A stretch of 42,533 nucleotides of DNA, taken from positions 1-42,533 of the forward strand of contig JALAGF010001947.1 of NCBI GenBank assembly GCA_030167865.1. Direction: 5' to 3'. This DNA is from Craspedostauros australis (lineage: Eukaryota). Shown here in pieces: positions 22,188 through 33,659 of the stretch. Numbering within the stretch: the first letter of the stretch is position 1; the number at the start of each line of letters is the position of its first letter. The translations under genes were made by a program, and so were the position numbers. The notes below the pieces were generated by a model. That model saw only the letters and a list, made by a program, of their open reading frames with translations. It made no database searches and was not told the origin of the DNA.

Positions 22188-25100
22188 CTAGCACCCGTCA
22201 CCTTCGCTATCCTGAGTCATTTGAGTTGGCAGTGTGATGGTCGCGGTCGGGCCCGTGTAGTAGTCCTGCTCCTGACGTTGATCGTCGCGAAGGATGGGGA
22301 ATAGGTCTCCAATATGACGCATGGTCGGTCGTCCGTGCGGGCAGTTCCAGGGATGCTCCACATCGGCAAGCCGTTGCACCACTTGGTCCATCTCCTTTTG
22401 GGACAGCGCTGTCCCGATCATGATGCTCGTGCGGCATGCGCGGCTGGCAAACATGGCGATCGCCTTCGGGAGCCTGGCGAGGATCTGATTCGATGAACTC
22501 TGCTTCTTCGCACCGGCACCGGCTCCAGCCACATCCATGTCGTTGTCGTCGTTGCTGCTTTCAGCCGCTGGCGCTTGTGTTTGCGTCATTTGGGAGGCTG
22601 AGGCGTAGCGGCGCACGGCGTTGTTGCCGTACCTGCCTGTGCCGTCCGTTCCGATCCCTCCGTCACCCGCCTCGTATGCCGAACCTTCCGACAGGATCGC
22701 ACACAACGTAGACACGTCGTCCTTGCCGAATTGCACGGACTTGCGACCGTCTTGCGCACCGGAATGCGGCAGCGCTGTGAGCTTCAACCGATGGCGGATG
22801 GGTGCGCTGGGATCGTGCTCGAAGCGAAATCCGTTCTTCGTGAAGATGTCCATGTGATCCAGGATGCAGGACTCCTCGGACGAACTCAGTTCCAGAGGCA
22901 TCGGGCGGATGAGCTTCTGCTCGTGAATCACGGTGTCCCTGATCAGGTTCTCGAAATTGTACTTCTCATCGCAGGCATGCTGATCCAAGATCCAAAGGTT
23001 GTTGTTTTGGCATTTGGCCAAGATGAAACCGAGATTGAACTGCCCCAGGATTTGCATCTTTCCGTCTCGGAAGTCTTCCTTGGATAATCGGACGATGTTG
23101 TCATCGTCGTCATTGGTGGTATCACCGCTACCGTCATTGCTTGTGCCATTGCCGTTCATCACTGATGGCTTACGTGGAGTCTCACCACCACCGTTTCTCT
23201 GCAAATCCAATACCCCGTCTGCAGAGCCAGCAGCATCTGAGTTGGTTTTGGCGGTTCCATGCTTCGATCGGCGCAACGCTAACTTCCGTTCCCTCATTTC
23301 TGTTCGATATTCTCTTGCTTCTCGAGCTACAGCTTCCGTACTCTCGTACGCACCCCAAAATACCGGAGCTTCCTCCTTGCCATCATCATCACCACCATCA
23401 TCATCTGCTTCATCTTGTTCATTGGCATCATCACCACCGTCGATCCTGTCGTCGCCCTCAGTCGCTGCCAAGTCTTCGTCAAGGCGAGCCACCACTGTCG
23501 AAGTCGATGTATCCATCACATCTGTATCTGGATCAGATTGGCGTGCTCTTCGTTGTGGTGAAGGGACGCCGCGGCTGGCGCTACCTTGTCTACTGCGTGC
23601 ACGCGTGGGGGAGGCTGATCGTGATGATGTCTTCGAGTTGTTTGGTTGGAAACCAAATTTCTCCAACAGCGTAGACGAAGACCTGGGACTGGTGCTGTTA
23701 TTTCTGCTTCGTCGCAATGGTGATGCTGACGTTGACGTTGGGCTCCTCGTGGGTGATGCCGATGATCTGGCAAACTGAGAGAAATCTCGTTTGCGCAACA
23801 CGGAGGTTGGCGATCGTGGTGGACTCGCGCTGCGTCGATTCGCAGCAGCTCTCTCGTTCTCATGCCCGCTTTGGCTTGCCTTGTCGTTCGATGCGTCCGC
23901 GCTGTTGCTCGGTGATAGCTCCTCGCATGTTGGGCTTGATTGCTTGTTGAAATTGGTCTGCGCCGTCATCCATTCTCGGATGTCTCGGTCGGAAGCCTTC
24001 CTGTGCCTGCTGTATCGCTGTTGGCGTCGTGGACTCGACCGGCTGTTGGGACTGCCTCTGCTACCGATCGATGCAGGACTGGAAGACTTCCGTAGGTATG
24101 GATTCGAGACCTCCGCGCGTAACGATGGGCTGGTTGGAGTTTGGACTTGCGAGGATGCTTGTGCCACAGTCTGATGAGTGTCATCAGATGATCTGGACGA
24201 TGTGACGCCAGCAGCCGGACTGCCTATGTCTACAGTTGCATCACGTTTAGCTCCAGCCGGGTCCTTCGCTACGTTGCTTGCATTGGGCAGATCGGCGTCA
24301 GCTGCATCGTTCTCACCGATGGATTCGGTTTCTCTTGAAATTCTGCGACCTGGCACGAATTGTTGCTGATCATCAAGGTGCTGCATGTGACTACGAGTAG
24401 GTTGAAGCATTTGAGGGCGTCCTTCCATGGCTTCGTTCGGAATGGAATCGTTTCTTTGGTTGGGATGAGCAGAAGAATCACTCCCAACAATCTCCCGATC
24501 TCTGGATACACGCCTGCGCTTCATCACTCGTTTTGTTTCGTCATTCAGCTCCAAGTCCTGGCTCTGTGGGGTCCCCGAAGAGACTGGATCACGTTGTGAC
24601 TCGTTATTGCTGCTGGAATTCTCCGTCCGGACAGACTGCGACAGTGGTGTTTCCGCCTCTGCTCGAGGAGCCGTGGTTCCGTCTTGTTCGCTGTCTTCGT
24701 TTTGCAATTCAGAAATTGCTGCCTTCGATGTCTTGGAATCATCAGTATCCATCCGGTCGGAACCATCCGCACGGCCATCATTTGTGTTGCCTGTGCCGTC
24801 ATCATGTTCATCGTCGGTATCTGAATCTTCATCACCATCCACAACAATCGATTCCACCACTTCATCACTGTGTTGCTGGTCGGCGTTCGCATCCGCACCG
24901 CCGGCGAGATCCGTGTATACATCCTTGGCGCGTTCCTCCAATTCGTGCTGCATCTTGGCTTTGCTGAGATCATGCACGAAGGCATTGCGTCGTTTGTGCA
25001 GCTTGCGCTGCGAGTCCGGCGACAGCACTTCCAACGCACGCGCATCGGTGGCATCACCGCGATCCAACACTTTGCTTTGAAGCTGATTGAGTCTCGATGC

Positions 25101-27102
25101 GGCGTTGACCGTAAATTGCTGTTGCAGCTGCTGTTGTAACTGCTGTTGTTGCTGCTGCTGTTGTTGCAATTGTATTTGTTGATAGAGCTGACGCTGCGGC
25201 GAGATATTGGAAAGCTGTGAAAACGGAGGCGTTCGCAGACCACGCTGAGGGCTCAGCAGCTGCTGCATGTGTTGCTTTATTCTTTGCTGTTGCTGTTGCA
25301 GCTGCTGCCTGTGCTGTTCCAGCTGCGACAGCTGAAAGCTGCCATGGACCTGACTGGACCAGTACGTGGTGATCGCTGCTTGCACGAGGTGCACGACATC
25401 CTGTTCGTGCATCATGAGGACTTCACGCTTGTCGGGTGCCACGTTGATATCGTATGCGTTGTTGGGTATGCGGAGATGGAGGATGCACGATGGCTTGCGC
25501 TTGCCTCCGAATGATTGCCACGCCTTTCGCATCACAGCAGTGATCTTGGGAAGATCGACTGGGCGGCCGTTGATACAGAAATAGTTTACGGATGCTTGCG
25601 GCGTCTTCGTTGAGGCTGGTGATTTTGAGATGAATCCAGAAAGTGACCAACTGCCTGCGACAGGTTGTGGTGATATTGCGTGCTTGATGGTTGGTGGTGA
25701 CGACTGACCGGGTGATCCCGAAGCAGCCGCTGCCGTTGATGCAGAAACAGTGATGTGAGATTGCTGTCTCTGTTGTTCGAGTTGCTGCTGATGCTGTGCA
25801 GCAACAGCTGATAGATCGACTGTCAGCGGTGCCATCGATGACAGAAAGTTGTGACCCAGGACGGACGAAATGTTCTCCTTGAGATGCTTTGCGGTATGAG
25901 ATGTTGTGACGGCTGTTTCCTCCCGTTGCCCCGAGCCATGCGACACCATGTCAATGAGGTTTATTCTCTTGCCAACATGAAATATGGCATCTATCGTGGA
26001 TGCGAGAGCATGAGAACAGAATAGAGTAGTTTGTGGCAAGTGCGTTGTGTGCGAATGTGTTTGACCAAGGAATCAATCCGGACATTAATACGATATGGGA
26101 AAAGCGTGAAAGCGTTAGACGCATGGATGAGAGAGGTTCTTTCGGTTGCATCCATCCATGCCGGTGCACGCTCGTGACCACCATCGCAAACATCAATGCC
26201 ACCATCATGGAGTCCAACGCACACAATGCCCCTCGTCTTGCACACCGCCAACGTACATGATTGCATCAACCGAAATAGCTTGGAGCGTTCCGATCGTATT
26301 CTGCGTGCCATGTCTGCTCGGCGGGCGGGCAGGGTGTGGAATGGCTTGACGATGGCCACCGTGGTGCCCACCTTGCGCGGAATCTGCAGGAATCCGTCGT
26401 TCGGTTCGACGAGGGAACCGTCGCGGGCATACTCCAAGCGCACGGCAGACGTTTCGGCCGCAGTGCGCGTGGCAACAATGAGCTTGTCGCTGAGCGCCGC
26501 CATGGAGAAGAGGGCCTCGCCGCGGAATCCCAAACTGCAGTCGTTGCTTGTGTTGTTGTAGATGTCATCCAAGGACCTTATCTTGCTGGTGGCGTAACGT
26601 GTTGCCAGGAGCTTTCGGTTGTGTGCTGGAACGCCCGAACCGTCATCCGTAACTTCGATGATCTCCAGACCGTGTCCAAATAATCGCACTGTAGATAAAT
26701 AGAGAAATGAGAGATAGATAGAAGAGATGGGCATGATGGAAGAGTTCCACGTGTACGAGTACATATGCATCGACGCAGTGGGGGGATAGGTTGCGCAGAA
26801 ACGAACATGTAGGTAGTGAATAGAGTTTGTGAGTCAACGATGGTCCTTGCGCTTGTACGGTACGATCCTTTCTCAAATGAACGACGATGCCGCAACGTAC
26901 CGTTGATACAAGTCGATCCAGCATCCAGCGCGTTGTCCACCAGCTCCTTGACGATACCCGAAAGGTCCGTGATGGCCTGTTCGGCGACAATTCTGCGCAC
27001 GGTGGATTGCGCCAGCGGACGAATGAGACTGGGCGTTTGCGCGGCACTGTCATGAAGGCTCTCCGCTGCATCTCCGCTGCCATTGTGCATAGTGCTGGTC
27101 AT
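22188..27102 (-). CDS. PMS2: DNA mismatch repair endonuclease PMS2 (MutL-alpha subunit; PMS1 in yeast/plant naming), 3 exons, ~1478 aa
   Basis: Exons 27102-26901, 26688-26257 and 25990-22188, with GT-AG phase-1 introns that restore the frame (CIN|VRLFG, MQS|YAIF). GHKL ATPase motifs KELVDNALDAG, DDGSG, ATSK, LGFRGEALFS, GTTV. S5-like domain INGRPVDLP..YDINVAPDKREV. Endonuclease motifs GQFNLGFI, DQHACDEKYNFE, SRACR, WNCPHGRPTMRH. Confidence 0.95.
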
Positions 27103-27365
27103 GCTGGCGTTGGTGCTGTGCGTCTCTCTTCAGCGGTTGATGTGTGTGCGAGGATGGATGAATGAATCATACACGCACGCTTGTTTGTTGGTTGGACTGC
27201 TCTGCTTGACGGTACCCGCAGCTTTCGTAACTCCTGATGGTCCGATGCGTTGGTCGCGATTTCTGAGCACTCGATCGGTTGTCCTCGTATGTGCGCTGCT
27301 GGTGGGAACTTTGCGTTGCAATCAACTCGTGTGATCGATTGCCTGCATCCATTCAAACGATGCGT

Positions 27366-27399
27366 GTCACAAATCGATGCGCGTCACAAATCGATGCGC
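27366..27399. repeat. Perfect 17-bp tandem duplication (GTCACAAATCGATGCGC)x2 upstream of PMS2
   Basis: Copies at 27366-27382 and 27383-27399. Confidence 0.8.
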
Positions 27400-29914
27400 C
27401 GTGGGAAGGTGGCTGGCTTCAACTCAACTCAATTCAAGTTGATGCTTGCGTTTGACTTTTGTGTGGGCTTGAAATTTGTCGACGAAAATCGGCGGCGCGA
27501 AGAATCCTGCCTTGTTCTTGTCGTTGCGTGACAGCTTCCTTTTGGTTCGTTGGTTGGTTAGTTGGCTGGCTGTTGAAGTCCTTCTCTCCAGAGAGTCGTA
27601 TGGCACAAGTACGCACAAGGACAGTATGGTATGGTATGTTACATCCAAGTGGGACGCGATGCGTACACCAACGTCGTCGGACAAGATGATCAAGAGCCCT
27701 CCGACACAATGGCCCTGGCTGTCGTGGAATGAATGCGCCAGAAGCGGAAGGGCCGCAGCGTGTTGCTCCCTCCTGTGCGCTGAGTTTGTCGCGATCCAGT
27801 CCAGTTGGGAAGGGAAGTCTCGTTGTCCAAGTTACCTACGACTACTGGCGCTGTTGCGAATCGTTGAGGCGGTTCCACTGTTCTCTGCCTCTTCTGTTCC
27901 TTCTCGTCAGCTTGGGAGACACTCCTTCTCGTCGACCGCCTTCTGGTTGCTTCCGAGCTTTGTTCCTGTTGGAGTTGCTGCCGTTCCTTGTTCTTCTCGT
28001 GCTGTGCTGCTTGTGCTGTGCTGCTTGTGTGAGCGTGTTGCAGCCAAAACACTCCACGAATGGCGCGGGCCCCGTACGACCTGAAGCACAACGCAACGCA
28101 ATCGATGCTATTCGCAGTATGAACCCCTTGCGACACAAACAACCCGATCCAAGAAGAAGAAGGATGCGATTGGAGCCCACCGTTCTCGCGCACTGTTACA
28201 CTGCAATACTTGCAACCAACCGAGTCCACACGATCGGCAAGAAGGGACCGAAAGTCGAAGAAATTGGGTGAGAATGGCCCAAACCGTTTTGCGCTTTGGC
28301 CCAACGAGGCAGCGTTTGAATGTGGATGTGATTGTGGGCGTGGATGGAAATGGATGGACGGAGATGCGAGCCAGGATGGAGATGCTTGCATGCTTGGATG
28401 GGCCAACAAGCGAAGCAAGAAGAAGCACGAGCGGCAACAAGGCAAAACGAGAGAGAGGAACACAACAGCTCGTACAATCTCTTCGCCACGCGGCGCCGCG
28501 CATCGTCATCATCGTCGTTATTCTTGTTCCACGCGCTGCGACTGCTGCAACAGTTTTGCGGACAATTTGCTTCCGCACGTTTCCACGCTGTTTGGTCCAC
28601 TGATTCCTGCGTAGTCGTGCAACAACAAAGACATCTGCATCCCGCGATGTCATGCCGCTAAACTTTCCGCATTCGCCGCTCGTGTGATGTCTAAATCGGT
28701 GATATTTGTGTGATGGATTGGAATTAGTTGGCCTCGTGCTCAGAGATAAAAAGTGTTGTCCACGCGTTCTCAATTAGGGCGACATCAGGTTTTGCCTTTC
28801 TCGGTTTCTCTCTTTGTGGTTCGAAGCACCAACAACAGGCTCGCTGGCAAAGGTGAAAGATTGGGCGACTCCTCTGCGCAATGGATGAACGTCGCGGCTG
28901 CCAAGCGTCCAAGAATCATCTCGCTTGCGCTGTATCTGATCTGCGAGCTGCGTAATACTCTATGAATGAACACATCCATGAGATGGGCTTGTGTAGTATG
29001 GTGGGACCAGACGCCCGACACGTTCGTTTCAAAACTTGAAAAACCCTTTGTAACTCAGCCGCAGATGATTTACTCCATCATGCCCGTCGTCTTCAAGGAG
29101 ATCAAGAGCGAAGATCCAACAGCGCTCATCCTTGTCGGAATGTTTCAGGTGGCTGGACAATCACAGTCTCTCTGCTCTATTACAGAAAGTATTGCTACAC
29201 CACGGACAAGTCCAGCGCTTTACATCTCCCAGAATGATCGTGGTGTCGAATGTTACCTCCACAGCGTGTCTTGCAGAAGATGACGTATGCCGATGGACGT
29301 AGAATATGTTCTCTGTTCGGCTCCAAATCTTTTGGAGAGATGATCGTCGTCATGCATGCATCATTCATCTTTGGCTGTTGTCGCGGACGTGAGCAAGGAC
29401 AAGACGCTCTCATTCCCTTCTCGGCATTTTTGCATGTATCATCTGTTACCGGTCTGTTCCTGTGTTCCAATCATACTCGTTGGCGCTATTCCTCGTTGCC
29501 TATTCGTGTGCTGTGGTAAGTGCTTTCGAACGCCACAATCTCACCTTTGTATGCAGATCTTCGACACGAACAGGACAGAGTGCACACAACACACTACGGA
29601 GAGGATCACAGGTGCGTTGCTTGAGCACGTGAGAGTGGGAGAACCCAACATGGGCATCACCAATCGCATTCTGTTGCCCGTTCCAGACAGGGAAAGCAAT
29701 GCGGCATCGCCAGAAATCGTGTTCACTCACTTGCTAATCTTTGGGATGGATGAGTCCACATCGTCGCAATAATCATACGGAGAGAGAGAGTGAGTGTGTG
29801 TGTGTGGGTAGAGTAGAGTAGATGCAGCCAACTCTCATTTGTGATGCTCGCATTGAAGCAACTGCGCTGGTCGACCTCTCGCCGTTGCTACCGATGCTGT
29901 CACCAACGTTGCCA

Positions 29915-31525
29915 TCAATGTTTGGAAGCGTCCTGCCGCATCGCCTCCACTTCTTCGTTCGGGTACAATTGGATTTGCATTCGATCCTTCAGTTTGGGAT
30001 TGGTGTACTTGGAGAATCGTTTCGCTTCACGCTTGACGAAGGCTTGCGTCGCTGCATCCGAGTTCTCCACGAGATACATGCGGACGCGTTGCATGTCGCC
30101 CAGATACGCCGCCCAGAGCAGGAAGGTGGACTTGGCACAACCCACCAGCTCCTTCTGCGCTGATTTCAAAACGCAAAAGTCCTGCATGTCGGTTTGGTCT
30201 GTCACGAGGCGCACCTTGACACCGCGCTGTTGCAATGCCGCGACGTAGGCTTGCGTGACATCGTTGTGCATGCGGCTCGTCATGATGACCTTGTCGCCAG
30301 GCTGCAGCTGACCGAACAATGCATGCGCCGTCTTGTTGGGTGACAGCTCCTCGAATCCGCGGAATTTGGCAGCATTGGGGATCTCCGTTTTGAAGTTGCG
30401 GAAATGCTGGCGTTGCGGAAGAAGCGATGGCGCGGGACGTGGTGTGATGAGATGGATTGATACAAGACGACGCAGCGTCGAGGGATATGCGAAGTGCGCA
30501 CGGAGTCGAGCGCATTGCTGCGTCCATGACTCTGACCTCACAATTTGAAATACAATTCATGGATACCTGCCTGTATGCAAAACAAAGCATCACCATCACG
30601 TGGTGCTCACAATTTCATGTCCACTTACAAAAACGGATTCGTCCGGTTCCGGCAGAATGCCACAGCATTGTTCCGACGTGCTGTCAAAGGCGAACAATCG
30701 CCGATAATCGTCAAGGAACCGATCGACGAAGAAGCGAGGCGCAAATTTGCGCACCACAATCACGGGCAGCATGATCGTTTCGTCACGATCGTCCACCGTC
30801 ATCTGCATCGGACCGGAATGCCGCGATGCAAGATCCGACAGTTGCCGCAATCCCTGTTCCATCTCGGAAGGTTTCTCGCCATGCACCAACCGTTCAATAG
30901 CACCGACTGTGTCCACTTGCCGTTGCCGAATGGCTTCGAAATCCCAACCATTGGCCTGATTGAAGCGAAATACGCGCAGGTGAGGAAAGCACGTCTTGAT
31001 GCGTCTCTCGGTGGATGCCCACTGGGTCGGCAAATTGTCGCCCTTCATCTTCAGCACGAGCTGCGTCGGCAGACGGAATTTGCGTTGCAGTTGCAAGTGC
31101 AATCCGTATCCAAAGGCGATACGCTGCAGATTATTTCCAACTTCGCCCGTCAGTTCCACGACGATGGTTGCTTTGGGTGGTTGAGATGCAAGTGCAGGGT
31201 TCTTGTCGCTGTCCATTGTATCGCCATGGATGTTGGTATGAAGCGCATCTTGTGCTCGTGCAGCTTGCTCGCTCTGCGGTGCATCTGCGTTGCCATCTTG
31301 CGCTTGTTGAAATGACGACAGAGACTTCAACAAGTGCGATGTCTGTGCAGATTGCTGTTGCTCGTGGTTGATTGTCGACGCCTCTCCAGAAGGCCACAGG
31401 ACCTCATGATGCTGGGTCGAGAGAAAGCTGACCTGGAAGATGACCACTGCAGCCACAGCGCAGATCAGCGCATCCGTCGTCTTTCGAAAGCATGTCCGTT
31501 TGACACCGCAGCCAGCCGTTGCCAT
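29915..31525 (-). CDS. GT11-like (alpha-1,2-fucosyltransferase-like) type II membrane glycosyltransferase, 2 exons, ~462 aa
   Basis: Exon 1 is 31525-30629. GTAAG..CAG intron 30628-30407, phase 0. Exon 2 is 30406-29915. N-terminal anchor ALICAVAAVVIFQVSFL. Motifs GEVGNNL (cf. GRLGNQMF), SVF|HFRNF (cf. VHVRRGD) and QDFCVLKSAQKELVGCAKSTFLLWAAYL (cf. D..LM..C.H.I..NSTFSWWAAYL). Confidence 0.75.
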
Positions 31526-32252
31526 GTCATCTCATGCCGCAGCACTTCACTTGATGCGGGTGGTGGTGCAGAGTGGGATGGAGAACAATCGTAAGCACTG
31601 CTGTTGAGTGTGAGTGTGAGTGTGGGCACGAGGATGGGGAATGCAGTCGTTGTTCTGTGGAGTCAAGAATCGTGCTCGTCGTTCTGGAATTCGGAACTTG
31701 GCGCCAACGAATAATGACCGAAAATGTCCGTGTTTCGTAGACTTCCGCAACAAGCATAGAGGTGGACAGGAATGACAGCAAGGCACGAGGATGAAGAGGA
31801 CACGCCCACATTCATGGCAGTGTGCGCACAGCACAGCTCTTGCAAATCAACTGCATTGCGATGGTATCTACTCTGTGCCTCTTCGTTGAATAGCGTATGT
31901 ACTGGTGTGATTTATGGTGGTGTGTTATTGTGCATGTTGAAAATGTTGTAGTTGGAGTGTGGCCGATGCATTCATTCAGTGTCTGTTTGGTTGGTTGGGA
32001 CGCTCTGGGAGAGAGGGAAGCATGGAGTAACATGGAATGGAGCGCAAAAGAGTGGAGGAGCCAGCAACTTCCATTCTCTGGCGTGATGCGTCGTGCTGTG
32101 TTGTGCTGCAAAGAGCGGCGTTCCGTTTCAAGATGCGACAGCGCCAGGCCAATTGCCCCATCCTTGCTGTCAGCTCTCATTGGTGCTATTCCACATTCGT
32201 TGCTGCTGCGCTGCCCCCGCGAAGGATCCCACGCCTGCTTGATCTCATGAGC

Positions 32253-32657
32253 TCACAGATACTGGTAGGGAAGCATCGGCGGTGGGATATGTCGATACGG
32301 CTTCGGATCGCGTGGAAGTGGTTGCGGTGGGAGTGGAGGAGATACAGGAGGCACGACGCCTTGCGCACCATCCTCCATGCGTTGCGTCCTGCTCACGTGT
32401 TGCACGGCGAAGACGGGATCCTGTTCATCTGCGCTTGTGTTGGTGGGAGGAAGCTCGGAATGCACTGGCCGAATGTTCTCTTGCATCCGCTTGGTGTCTG
32501 TGTCCTCCAGCGGCGACGCGGAGGAAGGGATCACGTTGGAAACGCCGAACCTCCAATGTCTGCGTCCGTCCACCGGCTGGAACTTGAGAAGCAGATACAT
32601 CGTCATGGCGAAAGCCGCGCATCGGAAATGATTGACTGTCATGGTGCTGTTCTTCAC
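32253..32657 (-). CDS. Small secreted Pro-rich protein / putative pre-pro-peptide B (134 aa)
   Basis: ATG start preceded by a CAA-rich leader. Signal-like segment CAAFAMTMYLLLKFQPVDG, then WRFGVSNVIP. The C-terminus is Pro-rich and ends MLPYQYL. Motifs are shared with ORFs 37959-38411 and 17077-17430. Confidence 0.6.
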   Translation of the reverse strand: MKNSTMTVNHFRCAAFAMTMYLLLKFQPVDGRRHWRFGVSNVIPSSASPLEDTDTKRMQENIRPVHSELPPTNTSADEQDPVFAVQHVSRTQRMEDGAQGVVPPVSPPLPPQPLPRDPKPYRHIPPPMLPYQYL

Positions 32658-33455
32658 AAGTGTATGCTCGCAGAATGTGCAGTTGTGTTGGGTAGTGCTC
32701 TTGTTGTTGTTGCTGTTGTTGTTGTTGCTTTTCAGTTTGTGTCGGGTTGTCTGGCAATCTTGCTTTTGTTTTGGGTCTCTCTGTTCTGACTTCGCTTGCT
32801 TGTCTCTTGTGGGTTGGGCGTGTTTGCGAGTATCGTGCTTGCTGTCGTTGTGACATCATTTCTGTGCAGAACAATTCACAACAGGAACAGGAGAGGGTGT
32901 GTGTTGCATCACGCAAAGAAGTTCTACCACATCCAAACCTCCACACACATGACAGGTCGCCTCATCCTTTCTCTGTGCCTCCCTGTTTCTATCTGCACTT
33001 CGCTTCACCCATCACTGATGTCGTGTGTCAACGGAAGGCATCCCTTCTGTTGGTGCCCTCTCTGTGTTCCGTACCTCGTGCTTTGTTCTGTGTGGCTCAT
33101 GAATTCGGTGGACCTCTCCATTCTGTCCCATCAATCGTCATCGTGTGAACGGCGACTTTCACAGAACCGTGTCATCACTGCTCATGTTCGTATTCTCTTT
33201 TTTGTCCCCGCTGTTCTCGTTGCACGGTTTGGGTTCTTGTTTCCTCACGCTTCCGCGAGAGTTCTGCTTCTGACATCAATTTCCGATTTGTCTGCTGTGC
33301 TTTCTACAACTGACTTCGGTTGTTGGTTTTAGACCTCGTCGACCCAGTCATCCAGTCACGCCATGTACCCACCGACTTCAATCACGAATGTCGCGCTCCG
33401 GAATCAGCAAACGCCAACCAAAACAAGATGTCGATCAAAGCCACACCCAACACAT

Positions 33456-33507
33456 CAATCCGATCCAATCCGATCCAATCCGATCCAATCCGATCCAATC
33501 CGATCCA
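33456..33507. repeat. 10-bp tandem repeat (CAATCCGATC) x~5 upstream of the plastid-protein gene
   Basis: caatccgatccaatccgatccaatccgatccaatccgatccaatccgatcca seen directly. Confidence 0.85.
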
Positions 33508-33659
33508 TCAAACGCAGAGTCAAGAAGTGGTTCAGTTCTGTCAAAGCACCTACGATCCATTATACGAACAGAAAGTCCATCCCAAGTTGCACCACCATCC
33601 TTGCAACAAGTGTAGCACATTGAAGATTGCAAGCATACAAGATCATCACTACGACTGTC

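Noticed and set aside
27476-28773. Overlapping 200-260-aa ORFs upstream of PMS2
   Set aside because: No motifs and no convincing start or splice structure on either strand.
28990-29270. Faint resemblance of QPQMIYSIMPVV to the dynein heavy-chain C-terminus
   Set aside because: Only a few residues match, and the diagnostic flanking motifs (LEGA.W, CP.YKT) are absent.
7199-31525. Functional cell-wall gene cluster (GH72, silicanin-like, SNARE, GT11-like)
   Set aside because: The genes are interspersed with unrelated ones (PMS2, kinase), and secretory genes are common. There is no evidence of co-regulation from sequence alone.
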